This document shows, in pieces, positions 18,573 through 26,629 of a stretch of DNA of 61,838 nt. Positions within the stretch are counted from its first letter, which is position 1, and each line of letters opens with the position of its first letter. Under the pieces are notes generated by a model. That model saw nothing but the letters and a program-made list of their open reading frames with translations, was not told the DNA's origin and did no database searches. Made by a program: the position numbers and the translations under genes. Source of the stretch: an uncultured Gammaproteobacteria bacterium (GTDB taxonomy: Bacteria; Patescibacteriota; Patescibacteriia; Buchananbacterales; UBA6539); contig CAZCCC010000003.1 in NCBI GenBank assembly GCA_964497245.1, forward strand, positions 1 to 61,838, given 5' to 3'.

Positions 18573-19934
18573 TTAACTCGTTGGGATATTCGGCGGCGCT
18601 GATCCTTTTTTATAAATCTTAATTTTATCATCCGTATCTACCAAATTTTCTATCGGCAAACTCATTGGCGGCTCTGCTTTTTTAGCATCAGTTTTTTTGA
18701 CTAAAGGAGCTTTTACGGTCATTAATGGAAAATGCCATAAAGTTGCCATTTCTTCAGTATTTAGAATAAAACCGAATTCTCCGGGAGAAAGCCAGTGGCC
18801 TCTATTTTTGTATCTTTGAAATATTTTATTCTTTCTAGAATTAAGCCTCATTTTTTTAAACCAGACGATCCCCCATGTGGCGATTTTAGAATCCGGTTTA
18901 AAGGAGTTTAGACCTAAGTCGTTATATTGCTTGAAAGCACCATAAATATTTTGGACGCCTCTTGTTTTAAAAAATACTGTTTTTTCGGCAAAATATATGA
19001 ATCTTATTCTGACATGAAATCCTACTTTGCTGGCTTTATGTTCAATAGCTGAAACGGCATCTTTTTGTCCTTGGGTTAAATAAAGCATTTGATTGGGAGC
19101 ATCTTCTTTGCTTGAAGAATTTTCCTGGCTTGAGGCCGCATTATTTAAAGAATTTAGCAGGTTAATGGGAATTTCATAGATATAGTCAAATATATTTTTT
19201 TTTCCTCCGGTATTTTTAGCGCCAATTATTTTATTGACAACCGGCCTGGCTATTTCTCCCCAGTCGTTATCAGCTGGCGTAGTTACAAATTGAATCCAAA
19301 TTTGTTCCCCCTGTCCTATTCTGGTTAAAGCTTCAAGCATAGAAGCCATCGGATCCTTTATTTCTTGAGAAATTGAGTCTTCAAATTCTTTATAGGTAAT
19401 AATGGGATAGGCATAATTTTTTGCCAACCTGATTTCTGTTCCCACAAGATCATATTTTTCATTTGGAAATTTAATATTCCAATCTTTGGTATAGTCTTCT
19501 ACCTCCATAATTTCAGCATCGGGGTACTGGGCATATATTATCGCTTCTATTAAATCACGGTAATTATCACAAGTATGAATTATAAACTGAATATAACCCC
19601 CGACGCTTATTATTTCAAAGGAAAAACTATTGGGCACTTCACCAAACCACCATTTATCGGTAAAACCAAGTGGTTGATGGGCTCCGGCCAGATGAGAAAA
19701 AATATTTTCTACTGCCCGAGGCGTTTGTTCATTATTTTTAGGTATATCAATGGCCAGTAATATATATTTTCTTTCTTTGCGATATTTATCCCTGATGTAA
19801 TTTTGCCATACTAGAATTAAAGCATAAACAAACAAAAAAACCGGATAAATCCAGCCAATAGTTTTAGCAAACCACCAAGCAAATAATATTGGATTACTGG
19901 TTGGTATTGCAGATAGGTCTATGAAAATTTCCAT
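18573..19934 (-). CDS. hypothetical membrane-anchored protein, partner of the ATPase
   Basis: A 453-aa ORF with a hydrophobic N-terminus (PILFAWWFAKTIGWIYPVFLFVYALILVW) followed by a large soluble region. I recognise no family. It abuts the downstream ATPase gene. Confidence 0.55.
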   Translation of the reverse strand: MEIFIDLSAIPTSNPILFAWWFAKTIGWIYPVFLFVYALILVWQNYIRDKYRKERKYILLAIDIPKNNEQTPRAVENIFSHLAGAHQPLGFTDKWWFGEVPNSFSFEIISVGGYIQFIIHTCDNYRDLIEAIIYAQYPDAEIMEVEDYTKDWNIKFPNEKYDLVGTEIRLAKNYAYPIITYKEFEDSISQEIKDPMASMLEALTRIGQGEQIWIQFVTTPADNDWGEIARPVVNKIIGAKNTGGKKNIFDYIYEIPINLLNSLNNAASSQENSSSKEDAPNQMLYLTQGQKDAVSAIEHKASKVGFHVRIRFIYFAEKTVFFKTRGVQNIYGAFKQYNDLGLNSFKPDSKIATWGIVWFKKMRLNSRKNKIFQRYKNRGHWLSPGEFGFILNTEEMATLWHFPLMTVKAPLVKKTDAKKAEPPMSLPIENLVDTDDKIKIYKKGSAPPNIPTS

Positions 19935-20028
19935 AGATTTTGTTTTGGCTATTAGTATTTATTTTAATTTTTTTATTTAAAACTGGTACCTTATTATCTT
20001 AGCAGATATTGAGAATTTTTGGTATTAA

Positions 20029-21186
20029 TTAATCAGCCAAAGAATATTTTCCATCAGGCAATTTTTTAATTTTCTCTTTGTTTGTTAAAGCCAAATATAT
20101 GGTGCTTTTTCTGACAATTCTTTGGTTCATCACCTCTTCAATAAGCTCTTCTTTTGTCATTGGCTTTTCTGATTTTTTTAATATATCTACAATTATATCC
20201 AAAACAGTACCCGGTTGATAGCCCCATTCTTTTAAGGCATAAATTCCTCTACCAACTAATACGTAGCGATCATCCAAAATAAGTTCGTTGTGAATTGTCG
20301 CCGGGTATGCAATTTTTTTATCAAAGGTTGATTGATTTATTAAATCGGAAATTTCAGTAAAATGTAGAGGTTTTTCAATTTTTCGCAAAACCAAATAAAC
20401 CTTATCACTCATTCTTTTGGGAGTAATAGTATTCCATTTTGCCAAACCTAATTCACCAATGATATTTTCATCAATTTTTTTACTTATTTTAAGGTGGGAA
20501 TCAACTAATTTATTTATTTCTTCATGATTAAATTCACCATTTACACCTAATCTTAATGCTAAAATTTCTTCCTTTTTTTGGTTATAAAAATCTCTTTTTT
20601 GAAATTCTTTCAATATTTCGTCTTTTTTAAGCAAATTATTTTTGTTTTCAATTATATCCACCAACTCTTTTACTATTTCTTTAACTGAGTTAAGTGAAAC
20701 AACCGGAAGTTTCCAGCCACTCAAAAGATCCAAATCAGGTCTTATCTTCTCAATTTTTTCGTTGAGTATATTGGAGAGAATGAAATAAGCCGAATGTCTA
20801 CTCAGTTCATCATTTATAGATTGGCTAATTTTGCTCAAAAGGGAATTTTCTTCCATTACACCACCATGATTTTCCAGCAGATGATTTATATATTTTTCAG
20901 CATCTTCTATTTCATGTTTGAATTCCCTAATGTCTTTAAGTTTTTTTATAGTTGCTGATTCAATCTGTCTGATCCTTTCTCTTGTAATATTATAAAATCG
21001 CCCTATTTGTTCAAGGGTTTCCTTTTTTCTTCCAGATAAACCAAATCTTCGGCTTAGAATATCGCTTTCCTTGTTTGGTAAATTTTTTAGCAAGCTAGAT
21101 ATGAGATCATTTGGATTAAAAGAAGCAGCTTGTTGTTTTTCTTGACTTTCAATTATTTTGTCCAGAATTGAGTTTTGGCTATTCAT
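20029..21186 (-). CDS. sigma-70 region-4 HTH fused to HARE-HTH (RNAP delta-like) domains
   Basis: Region 4.2-like ILSRRFGLSGRKKETLEQIGRFYNITRERIRQIESATIKKLK. HARE-HTH-like LHFTEISDLI...ATIHNELILDDRYVLVGRGIYALKEWGY, plus a second winged-HTH-like segment. No sigma region 2 is visible. Confidence 0.6.
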   Translation of the reverse strand: MNSQNSILDKIIESQEKQQAASFNPNDLISSLLKNLPNKESDILSRRFGLSGRKKETLEQIGRFYNITRERIRQIESATIKKLKDIREFKHEIEDAEKYINHLLENHGGVMEENSLLSKISQSINDELSRHSAYFILSNILNEKIEKIRPDLDLLSGWKLPVVSLNSVKEIVKELVDIIENKNNLLKKDEILKEFQKRDFYNQKKEEILALRLGVNGEFNHEEINKLVDSHLKISKKIDENIIGELGLAKWNTITPKRMSDKVYLVLRKIEKPLHFTEISDLINQSTFDKKIAYPATIHNELILDDRYVLVGRGIYALKEWGYQPGTVLDIIVDILKKSEKPMTKEELIEEVMNQRIVRKSTIYLALTNKEKIKKLPDGKYSLAD

Positions 21187-21247
21187 ATAATAATAAAATT
21201 TTTAGCTAAAATAAGATAAAAATAAATATATTAATTTTAATATTATA

Positions 21248-21276
21248 ACTATATCATAAAATCTTTATAGTGTCAA
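21248..21276 (-). promoter_or_regulatory. sigma70-type promoter TTGACA-N17-TATAGT
   Basis: The minus strand reads TTGACA (21276-21271), a 17-nt spacer, then TATAGT (21253-21248). It lies about 60 nt upstream of the ATG at 21186. Confidence 0.5.
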
Positions 21277-21551
21277 GAAAAAAGGGGTGCGTAATCTTAA
21301 TAAGATGGAACAAGGACTTTTGCTTTTTCAGCTTTGTTAAGTATATAAATATAGTAAAAACCATCAAAAAATATAATATGTAAAATAAAAAAATTCCTCG
21401 CACCAACTCTTTTTGCGTAGAATAAGTGTGGTAAATAAAAAAACCCTGATAATTTACCAGCGTTTTAGTATTCTGAAGAGCCGCTATTTTTTTCCTTATG
21501 GAAATTGTCTGTCAATTTATGGTTAAATAATATGAATAACTCAAAAGTATT

Positions 21552-22478
21552 TTACTTTTTTGTTTTTAGTTTTTCCCATGCTAGCAATAAGGGACTTGCT
21601 AAAAATATGGAAGAATAGGTACCTATTGATATTCCAACAATCAAGGTTAAAGTAAAACTTCTGATCGTTTGTCCCCCAAACAGAAAAATTGCAAAAAGAG
21701 TCAGCAATGTTGTAAATGATGTATTTATGGACCGGGTTATCACTTCATTGACACTGTTTTGAATATTTTTTTCAAATTCTTCTCCAGTATTACGTATCAA
21801 ATTTTCCCTTATCCTGTCAAAAACAACTATTGTATCATTTACCGAATAACCAAGTATTGTCAAAAGGGCGGCTACAAAAGCGGCGTTTGCCTCTATTCCG
21901 TATAATTTGCCCAAAACAACAAATATGCCGACTGTAATTATTATGTCATGAAATAATGTCACTACGGCTATTAGTCCATATTTCCAAGAGGCAATCGGTT
22001 TTGAAACTCTCCTAAATGCCCAGGCAATATATATAATTATTGCCAATAAGACAATTAATATTGCCCAAAATGTCTTTCTTTTTAATTCTTGACCTATTGA
22101 AGGGCCGATTGATTCAAATCTTTTTTCAATAAATATTTCTTCGGCGGCTAATTCATTGCTGTTTAATGATAATTTCTGCCTCATTGTTGACAATATTTTC
22201 TGATGAAGATCTTCATCAATATCTCTGAATCTTAATATAAACCCATTGTCCCCTATCGGTTGGGCAACAATTGTTCCAATGTCAAACTCTTCCAATAGAG
22301 CAACTATTTCTTGGCTTGTCGGCCTAGTAATAGTTTTGAATTCAATTTCCAAAAGACTTCCTCCGGTAAAATCAATTCCTAAGTTAAGCCCAACCACTAA
22401 AAATGCGACAATGCTTGCTAATACCATTATTGAAGAGAAAAAAAACCAAATTTTCCTTTGTTTGATAGCAGAAGTCAT
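21552..22478 (-). CDS. secF: protein translocase subunit SecF
   Basis: GLNLGIDFTGGSLLEIEF, a six-TM layout, and YSVNDTIVVFDRIREN. Confidence 0.9.
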   Translation of the reverse strand: MTSAIKQRKIWFFFSSIMVLASIVAFLVVGLNLGIDFTGGSLLEIEFKTITRPTSQEIVALLEEFDIGTIVAQPIGDNGFILRFRDIDEDLHQKILSTMRQKLSLNSNELAAEEIFIEKRFESIGPSIGQELKRKTFWAILIVLLAIIIYIAWAFRRVSKPIASWKYGLIAVVTLFHDIIITVGIFVVLGKLYGIEANAAFVAALLTILGYSVNDTIVVFDRIRENLIRNTGEEFEKNIQNSVNEVITRSINTSFTTLLTLFAIFLFGGQTIRSFTLTLIVGISIGTYSSIFLASPLLLAWEKLKTKK

Positions 22479-22493
22479 AATATGATCATATAA

Positions 22494-24179
22494 TTAATCC
22501 AACATTTTTTTTACGCCAAAAAGCCATGGCTTTTTTAAGAGTTTGAATTTTGTTGCCGATTTTAAAATAAGCTTAGTAACAATCATTGCTGAAAACATAC
22601 TGGTTAGTATTCCAATACTTAAAGTTATCGCAAAGCCTTTAATTAAGCTGGTGGTAAATCCTATTAAAATAAAACAAGTTATTAAGGTAGATATATTTCC
22701 GTCAAAAATTGAAGACCATGCACGCTTGAAACCTTCGTCAATTGCAATTGATAGCGGTTTTTGCATTTTAAGTTCCTCTTTAAGCCTTTCAAAGATTAAA
22801 ATATTAGCGTCAACTGCCATTCCGATAGACAAAATAAAGCCGGCAATACCAGCCAAAGTCAAAGTTACAGGTATAATTTTAAATATTGCCAAAACTGCTA
22901 AACCGTAAAAAATTAAAGATAATACGGCAGTAAATCCCGGTAGTCTATAATAAATTACCATAAATATACAAACCAAAATAAGTCCTACGGCTACCGCAAT
23001 TATGCTTTTTTCTACAGATTCTTTGCCCAATGATGCGCCGATTGTTTCCTGAGAAATTAGAGTTATGGGAATGGGCAAAGCTCCGGCATTAAGCCTTTGG
23101 GCAAGCAATTTAGCTTCTCTTATATCAAATTTACCGCTAATTATTGCCTTACCATCTGAAATTTGTTCCTGGACGGTTGGTATGCTGATCGGTGTCCCAT
23201 CTAAAAATATTGCAACAGGTTGTCCAATGTTCTTTTTTGTAATTTCGGCAAATAAATCTTTTCCTTCAGAATTGAACTCTAAAGAAACGACCGGCGCTTG
23301 GGTATTGGGATCAAATTGAACTTGAGCCCTTTTTAGCTGGGTGCCGGTTAAGCCGGTGTAAATCCATTCGTCTGAAGGCGAAGAATAATCAAATTCACTT
23401 TTTGTTTTAATTAGAATATGACTGCAGTTTGCTTGATAATCATTAATGTCTCCTTGTTCCCCTTCTTTTCTTATTATATGGTATCCAAATTGAGTGCCTA
23501 CAATTTCTTTAGACACTTCGTTGATTTTTAATTCATCAAAGCAGACCCTCTCAAATTCAGGAACAAGTAAACCTCTTTGGGTAAAACCCAGTTCCCCACC
23601 TTGTTGAGCTGACCCAAAATCTTCAGAATTTTCAATTGCCAGTTCGGCAAAGTTAGCCCCTTCCTCCAAAATTTTTCTTAGTAATTCTTGAGTTTTTTCC
23701 AGAGCTAGATTGTTATATTCCTGAATTTCATTTTTTTGCTCATCTGTTAGCTTTATTTGAGGGTTTGGATTCATTTCTTTGAACTCCAGCAAAGGCGTTT
23801 CACCAATCATGTTTATGGCTTGATTTACGTCTGATATTCCCGCTAATTCAACTATTATCCGCCAATTATCGTTTGTTTTAGTGGCTTGAATTGAAGGTTC
23901 GGCGACTCCAAAGGCATTTACTCTTCTCTCAATAACATCTCTTACTCCTTCTAATGAGCTCGCCTGATCGGCCGATGGTATCTCTGAAACATCTGCCTCA
24001 TAGATTAAGTGGGTACCTCCTTGAAGATCTAAACCCAGTCTGAAAGGGATATTTAGTTGACTAGGCAATTGAATGCCAGTTTTTTCGATTAACTGGGGAA
24101 AATTTAAAAAGACCGCTATAATAGCGATTGCAAGAATACCGGCAGCAGCTAGTCTAATTTTAGTTCTTTGAGCAATCAT
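22494..24179 (-). CDS. secD: protein translocase subunit SecD with an embedded parvulin-type PPIase domain
   Basis: SecD motifs LGLDLQGGTHLIYEAD, AIFLDGTPISIPTVQEQISDGKAIISGKF, LNAGALP and GMAVDANILIFERLKEE. An insert between about residues 140 and 270 carries GANFAELAIENSEDFGSAQQGGELGF...VPEFE...GTQFGYHII (PpiC/parvulin signature). Confidence 0.9.
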   Translation of the reverse strand: MIAQRTKIRLAAAGILAIAIIAVFLNFPQLIEKTGIQLPSQLNIPFRLGLDLQGGTHLIYEADVSEIPSADQASSLEGVRDVIERRVNAFGVAEPSIQATKTNDNWRIIVELAGISDVNQAINMIGETPLLEFKEMNPNPQIKLTDEQKNEIQEYNNLALEKTQELLRKILEEGANFAELAIENSEDFGSAQQGGELGFTQRGLLVPEFERVCFDELKINEVSKEIVGTQFGYHIIRKEGEQGDINDYQANCSHILIKTKSEFDYSSPSDEWIYTGLTGTQLKRAQVQFDPNTQAPVVSLEFNSEGKDLFAEITKKNIGQPVAIFLDGTPISIPTVQEQISDGKAIISGKFDIREAKLLAQRLNAGALPIPITLISQETIGASLGKESVEKSIIAVAVGLILVCIFMVIYYRLPGFTAVLSLIFYGLAVLAIFKIIPVTLTLAGIAGFILSIGMAVDANILIFERLKEELKMQKPLSIAIDEGFKRAWSSIFDGNISTLITCFILIGFTTSLIKGFAITLSIGILTSMFSAMIVTKLILKSATKFKLLKKPWLFGVKKMLD

Positions 24180-24331
24180 TTAAGGAGTTTTAATAATATT
24201 AAGTTCCACAAATTATGGGAAATGATTTTCATTTTGTAAAAATAGTTTAGCAAAACTTTCTTCTTTTTGCAAGTAGGGTTAAGATTAAGCGTTTGCAGTT
24301 TACTCTTAATTGTCTTAGAATTATAAAAAGT

Positions 24332-26629
24332 ATGAAAAAATTAATTTTTTTGAGTTTTTTAGTGTTTGGCTTTACTTCAGTAACAGGTCAATTATTAATT
24401 ATTAAAGAAATTGCTTTAAGTTTTTATGGCAATGAGATTTTTTATGGATTAATTATAGGATTTTGGTTTATTTGGTTAGCAATTAGTCTAATTTTTTTTA
24501 GTGGTATCTTTAGCGGGTTCTCTTCTTTAAAAATTTTAACTTTCTGCCATTTATTGGTTCCATTGATAATATTTTTTGCAATACTTTTAATCAGGTTGGC
24601 TGGGAGTATTCTGCCATCATATAATCAAAGTGTTAATCCGATTTTAGGAACTCTTTATCTCGTTTTAATAATTTTACCCCTTTGTCTGGTAATGGGTCTT
24701 CAACTAACAGTTGCCGGCAGACAGTTGTCTGCTAGTCCCCATAAAAGAATGAATATATTTAAGCTGTTCTTTAGAAAAATTCAGGAAAAAATTAGCCGAA
24801 AAAAGGAGGACAGCAGAATAGAAATTATAAATCATGGCTTTTTTTATGAAATTTTGGGGCTGATATGTGGCGGATTATTTTATTATTTATTCTTTATTTA
24901 TTTTGGCTGCGTTGAGGTTTTTTTATTTTTACTGTTTATAAATTATTTACTAATTCTTTTTTTGCCGGGACTTTTGAGAACCAAAGTAATTTTAGGATTT
25001 TTATTTTTTATTATTATTATCTCCTGTCTAAATTTTAATTTTTTTGACGATTTCTTACGCCATAGTGAATCTTGGCGTTTTGGAAGAGAGAAATTTATTA
25101 AATCAACTAATTCTTCATTCAGCGGTATTACGATAACACAAGACGGCAATCATTATAATTTTTACGCGAATAGACTACCTATTGGCTCAACTAAAAAAGA
25201 TTTTTCATCAGAAGAAGTAATCCATTCAATAGTCATACTTCACGAAAAACCAAAAAATATATTATTGATAGGCGGCGGATTCGGGTCATTACTTCAGCAG
25301 ATTGTTAAATATCCGATTGATAACCTAGATTATTTAGAAATTGATTATAAGTTAGTTGAAATTGCTAGGCCTTATTTGGAATTTGAAACCAAATATGATG
25401 ATAGAATTAATTTTATCCCAAAGGATCCCTTTCGCCATTTGAAAAATGCGAGTTATTACTACGACTTAATCATCATTAATTTACCCGATCCATCAACATT
25501 GCAGCTGAATCGTTTTTATTCAGTTGATTTTTTTGAATTGGTAAAAAGAAACCTGGCTTATAAAGGAATATTGGCTTTCAGTCTTTCTTTTCATGAGAAT
25601 TATCCCCCTTCTGATTTTGAATCAATATTTTCATCAATATACAAAAGCCTTAGCAGGGATTTTTCCTCAGTATCAGTATCATTACTAAACGAAAAAATTC
25701 TATTTTCATCTTCTGACTCAAAAATTGATTTCAATCCTGATATTTTAGAATTAAGATTTAGGAGTTTCAATTTGGAAGGTGATTTATTTAAGGTTGATTA
25801 TTTTAAAAACCAATTTCTAAATATTGAAAGTAATGATATACTGGAAAGAATTAAAAAGGATAATTATTCGTCACCTAACTTTAATACTGAGTCGGTTGCC
25901 TTTTGGCAGTATAGTCGATTTTGGTTATTATCTTATTATCCTAGTTTTTCAAAATATTTAGAATTTTTTTTCCATCTCAGCCTGTTAAGATTAATATTGA
26001 TAATTTTTATACTTTTCTTCGGGCTTTATTATGTCTTAGATGTGCTGGTTAAAAAAAATGAAAAAATTTTTTCCGCTATTACAATGGTTTTTCAATTCAG
26101 TGTTTCTTCGGCAGCAATGTGTTTTGTTTTTTTATTGCAAATAATTTATGGTAGTCTTTATCATCAATTAAGTTTGATTTTTGTGATGCTATTTTTGGGG
26201 TCATTGGTCGGTTTCTGGATGGTAAGTTTTTCTTTCCTAAATAAGAAAATCAAATATCATTATCTTTTTAGACTTTATTTTTGTTTTGGAGTTTATCTTT
26301 TTTTATTGGCCATGACTCTAAGATATTATCCTGAATCTTTAAAGCAACCTTCCATTTTTTATTTTTTAATTTTTTCTCTTGGATTATTTCCAGGTTTTGA
26401 ATTTCCAATAATTAATAAATATTATTTAAAAGATAAACAGGAATTACTTAATAAAACAGGCGCTATCCATGGGGCCGGTATGATGGGAGCAGGATTTGGT
26501 GCTATTTTTTCAACTTTATTCTTTTTGCCGGTACTCGGTTTTGAAAAAACTTTTATACTCGCCGCATTTTTGAATTTTTTGGCGTTTACCGCAATGTTTT
26601 TTCTAAGACAGAATTTTGAAGAGAATTAG
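24332..26629 (+). CDS. polytopic membrane protein with a central spermidine-synthase-like (class I methyltransferase fold) domain
   Basis: ILLIGGGFGSLLQQI...YLEIDYKLVEIARPYL...YDLIIINLPDPST..NRFYSVDFFELVKRNLAYKGILA, flanked on both sides by multi-TM regions. I prefer the start at ATG 24332 (MKKLIFLSF) over the track's TTG at 24293. Confidence 0.7.
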   Translation: MKKLIFLSFLVFGFTSVTGQLLIIKEIALSFYGNEIFYGLIIGFWFIWLAISLIFFSGIFSGFSSLKILTFCHLLVPLIIFFAILLIRLAGSILPSYNQSVNPILGTLYLVLIILPLCLVMGLQLTVAGRQLSASPHKRMNIFKLFFRKIQEKISRKKEDSRIEIINHGFFYEILGLICGGLFYYLFFIYFGCVEVFLFLLFINYLLILFLPGLLRTKVILGFLFFIIIISCLNFNFFDDFLRHSESWRFGREKFIKSTNSSFSGITITQDGNHYNFYANRLPIGSTKKDFSSEEVIHSIVILHEKPKNILLIGGGFGSLLQQIVKYPIDNLDYLEIDYKLVEIARPYLEFETKYDDRINFIPKDPFRHLKNASYYYDLIIINLPDPSTLQLNRFYSVDFFELVKRNLAYKGILAFSLSFHENYPPSDFESIFSSIYKSLSRDFSSVSVSLLNEKILFSSSDSKIDFNPDILELRFRSFNLEGDLFKVDYFKNQFLNIESNDILERIKKDNYSSPNFNTESVAFWQYSRFWLLSYYPSFSKYLEFFFHLSLLRLILIIFILFFGLYYVLDVLVKKNEKIFSAITMVFQFSVSSAAMCFVFLLQIIYGSLYHQLSLIFVMLFLGSLVGFWMVSFSFLNKKIKYHYLFRLYFCFGVYLFLLAMTLRYYPESLKQPSIFYFLIFSLGLFPGFEFPIINKYYLKDKQELLNKTGAIHGAGMMGAGFGAIFSTLFFLPVLGFEKTFILAAFLNFLAFTAMFFLRQNFEEN

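Noticed and set aside
18569-18631. Longer track start (MIKLRFIKK...) for the VirD4-like ATPase, and similar TTG-extended starts for ugd (16651), tgt (48974), dnaB (36486), recR (38111) and the 24293 ORF
   Set aside because: The extensions start at non-ATG codons. They overlap upstream genes or promoters and precede the conserved N-termini (Rossmann MKISIIGTG, Tgt FKIT..., RecR MNQY...). The internal ATG starts fit better.
26586-26629. 44-nt convergent overlap between the 3' ends of the spermidine-synthase-like gene and the U32 peptidase gene
   Set aside because: Both tails are poorly conserved, K-rich extensions. Short convergent overlaps are common in compact genomes and need no special mechanism. 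I see no terminator or regulatory structure.
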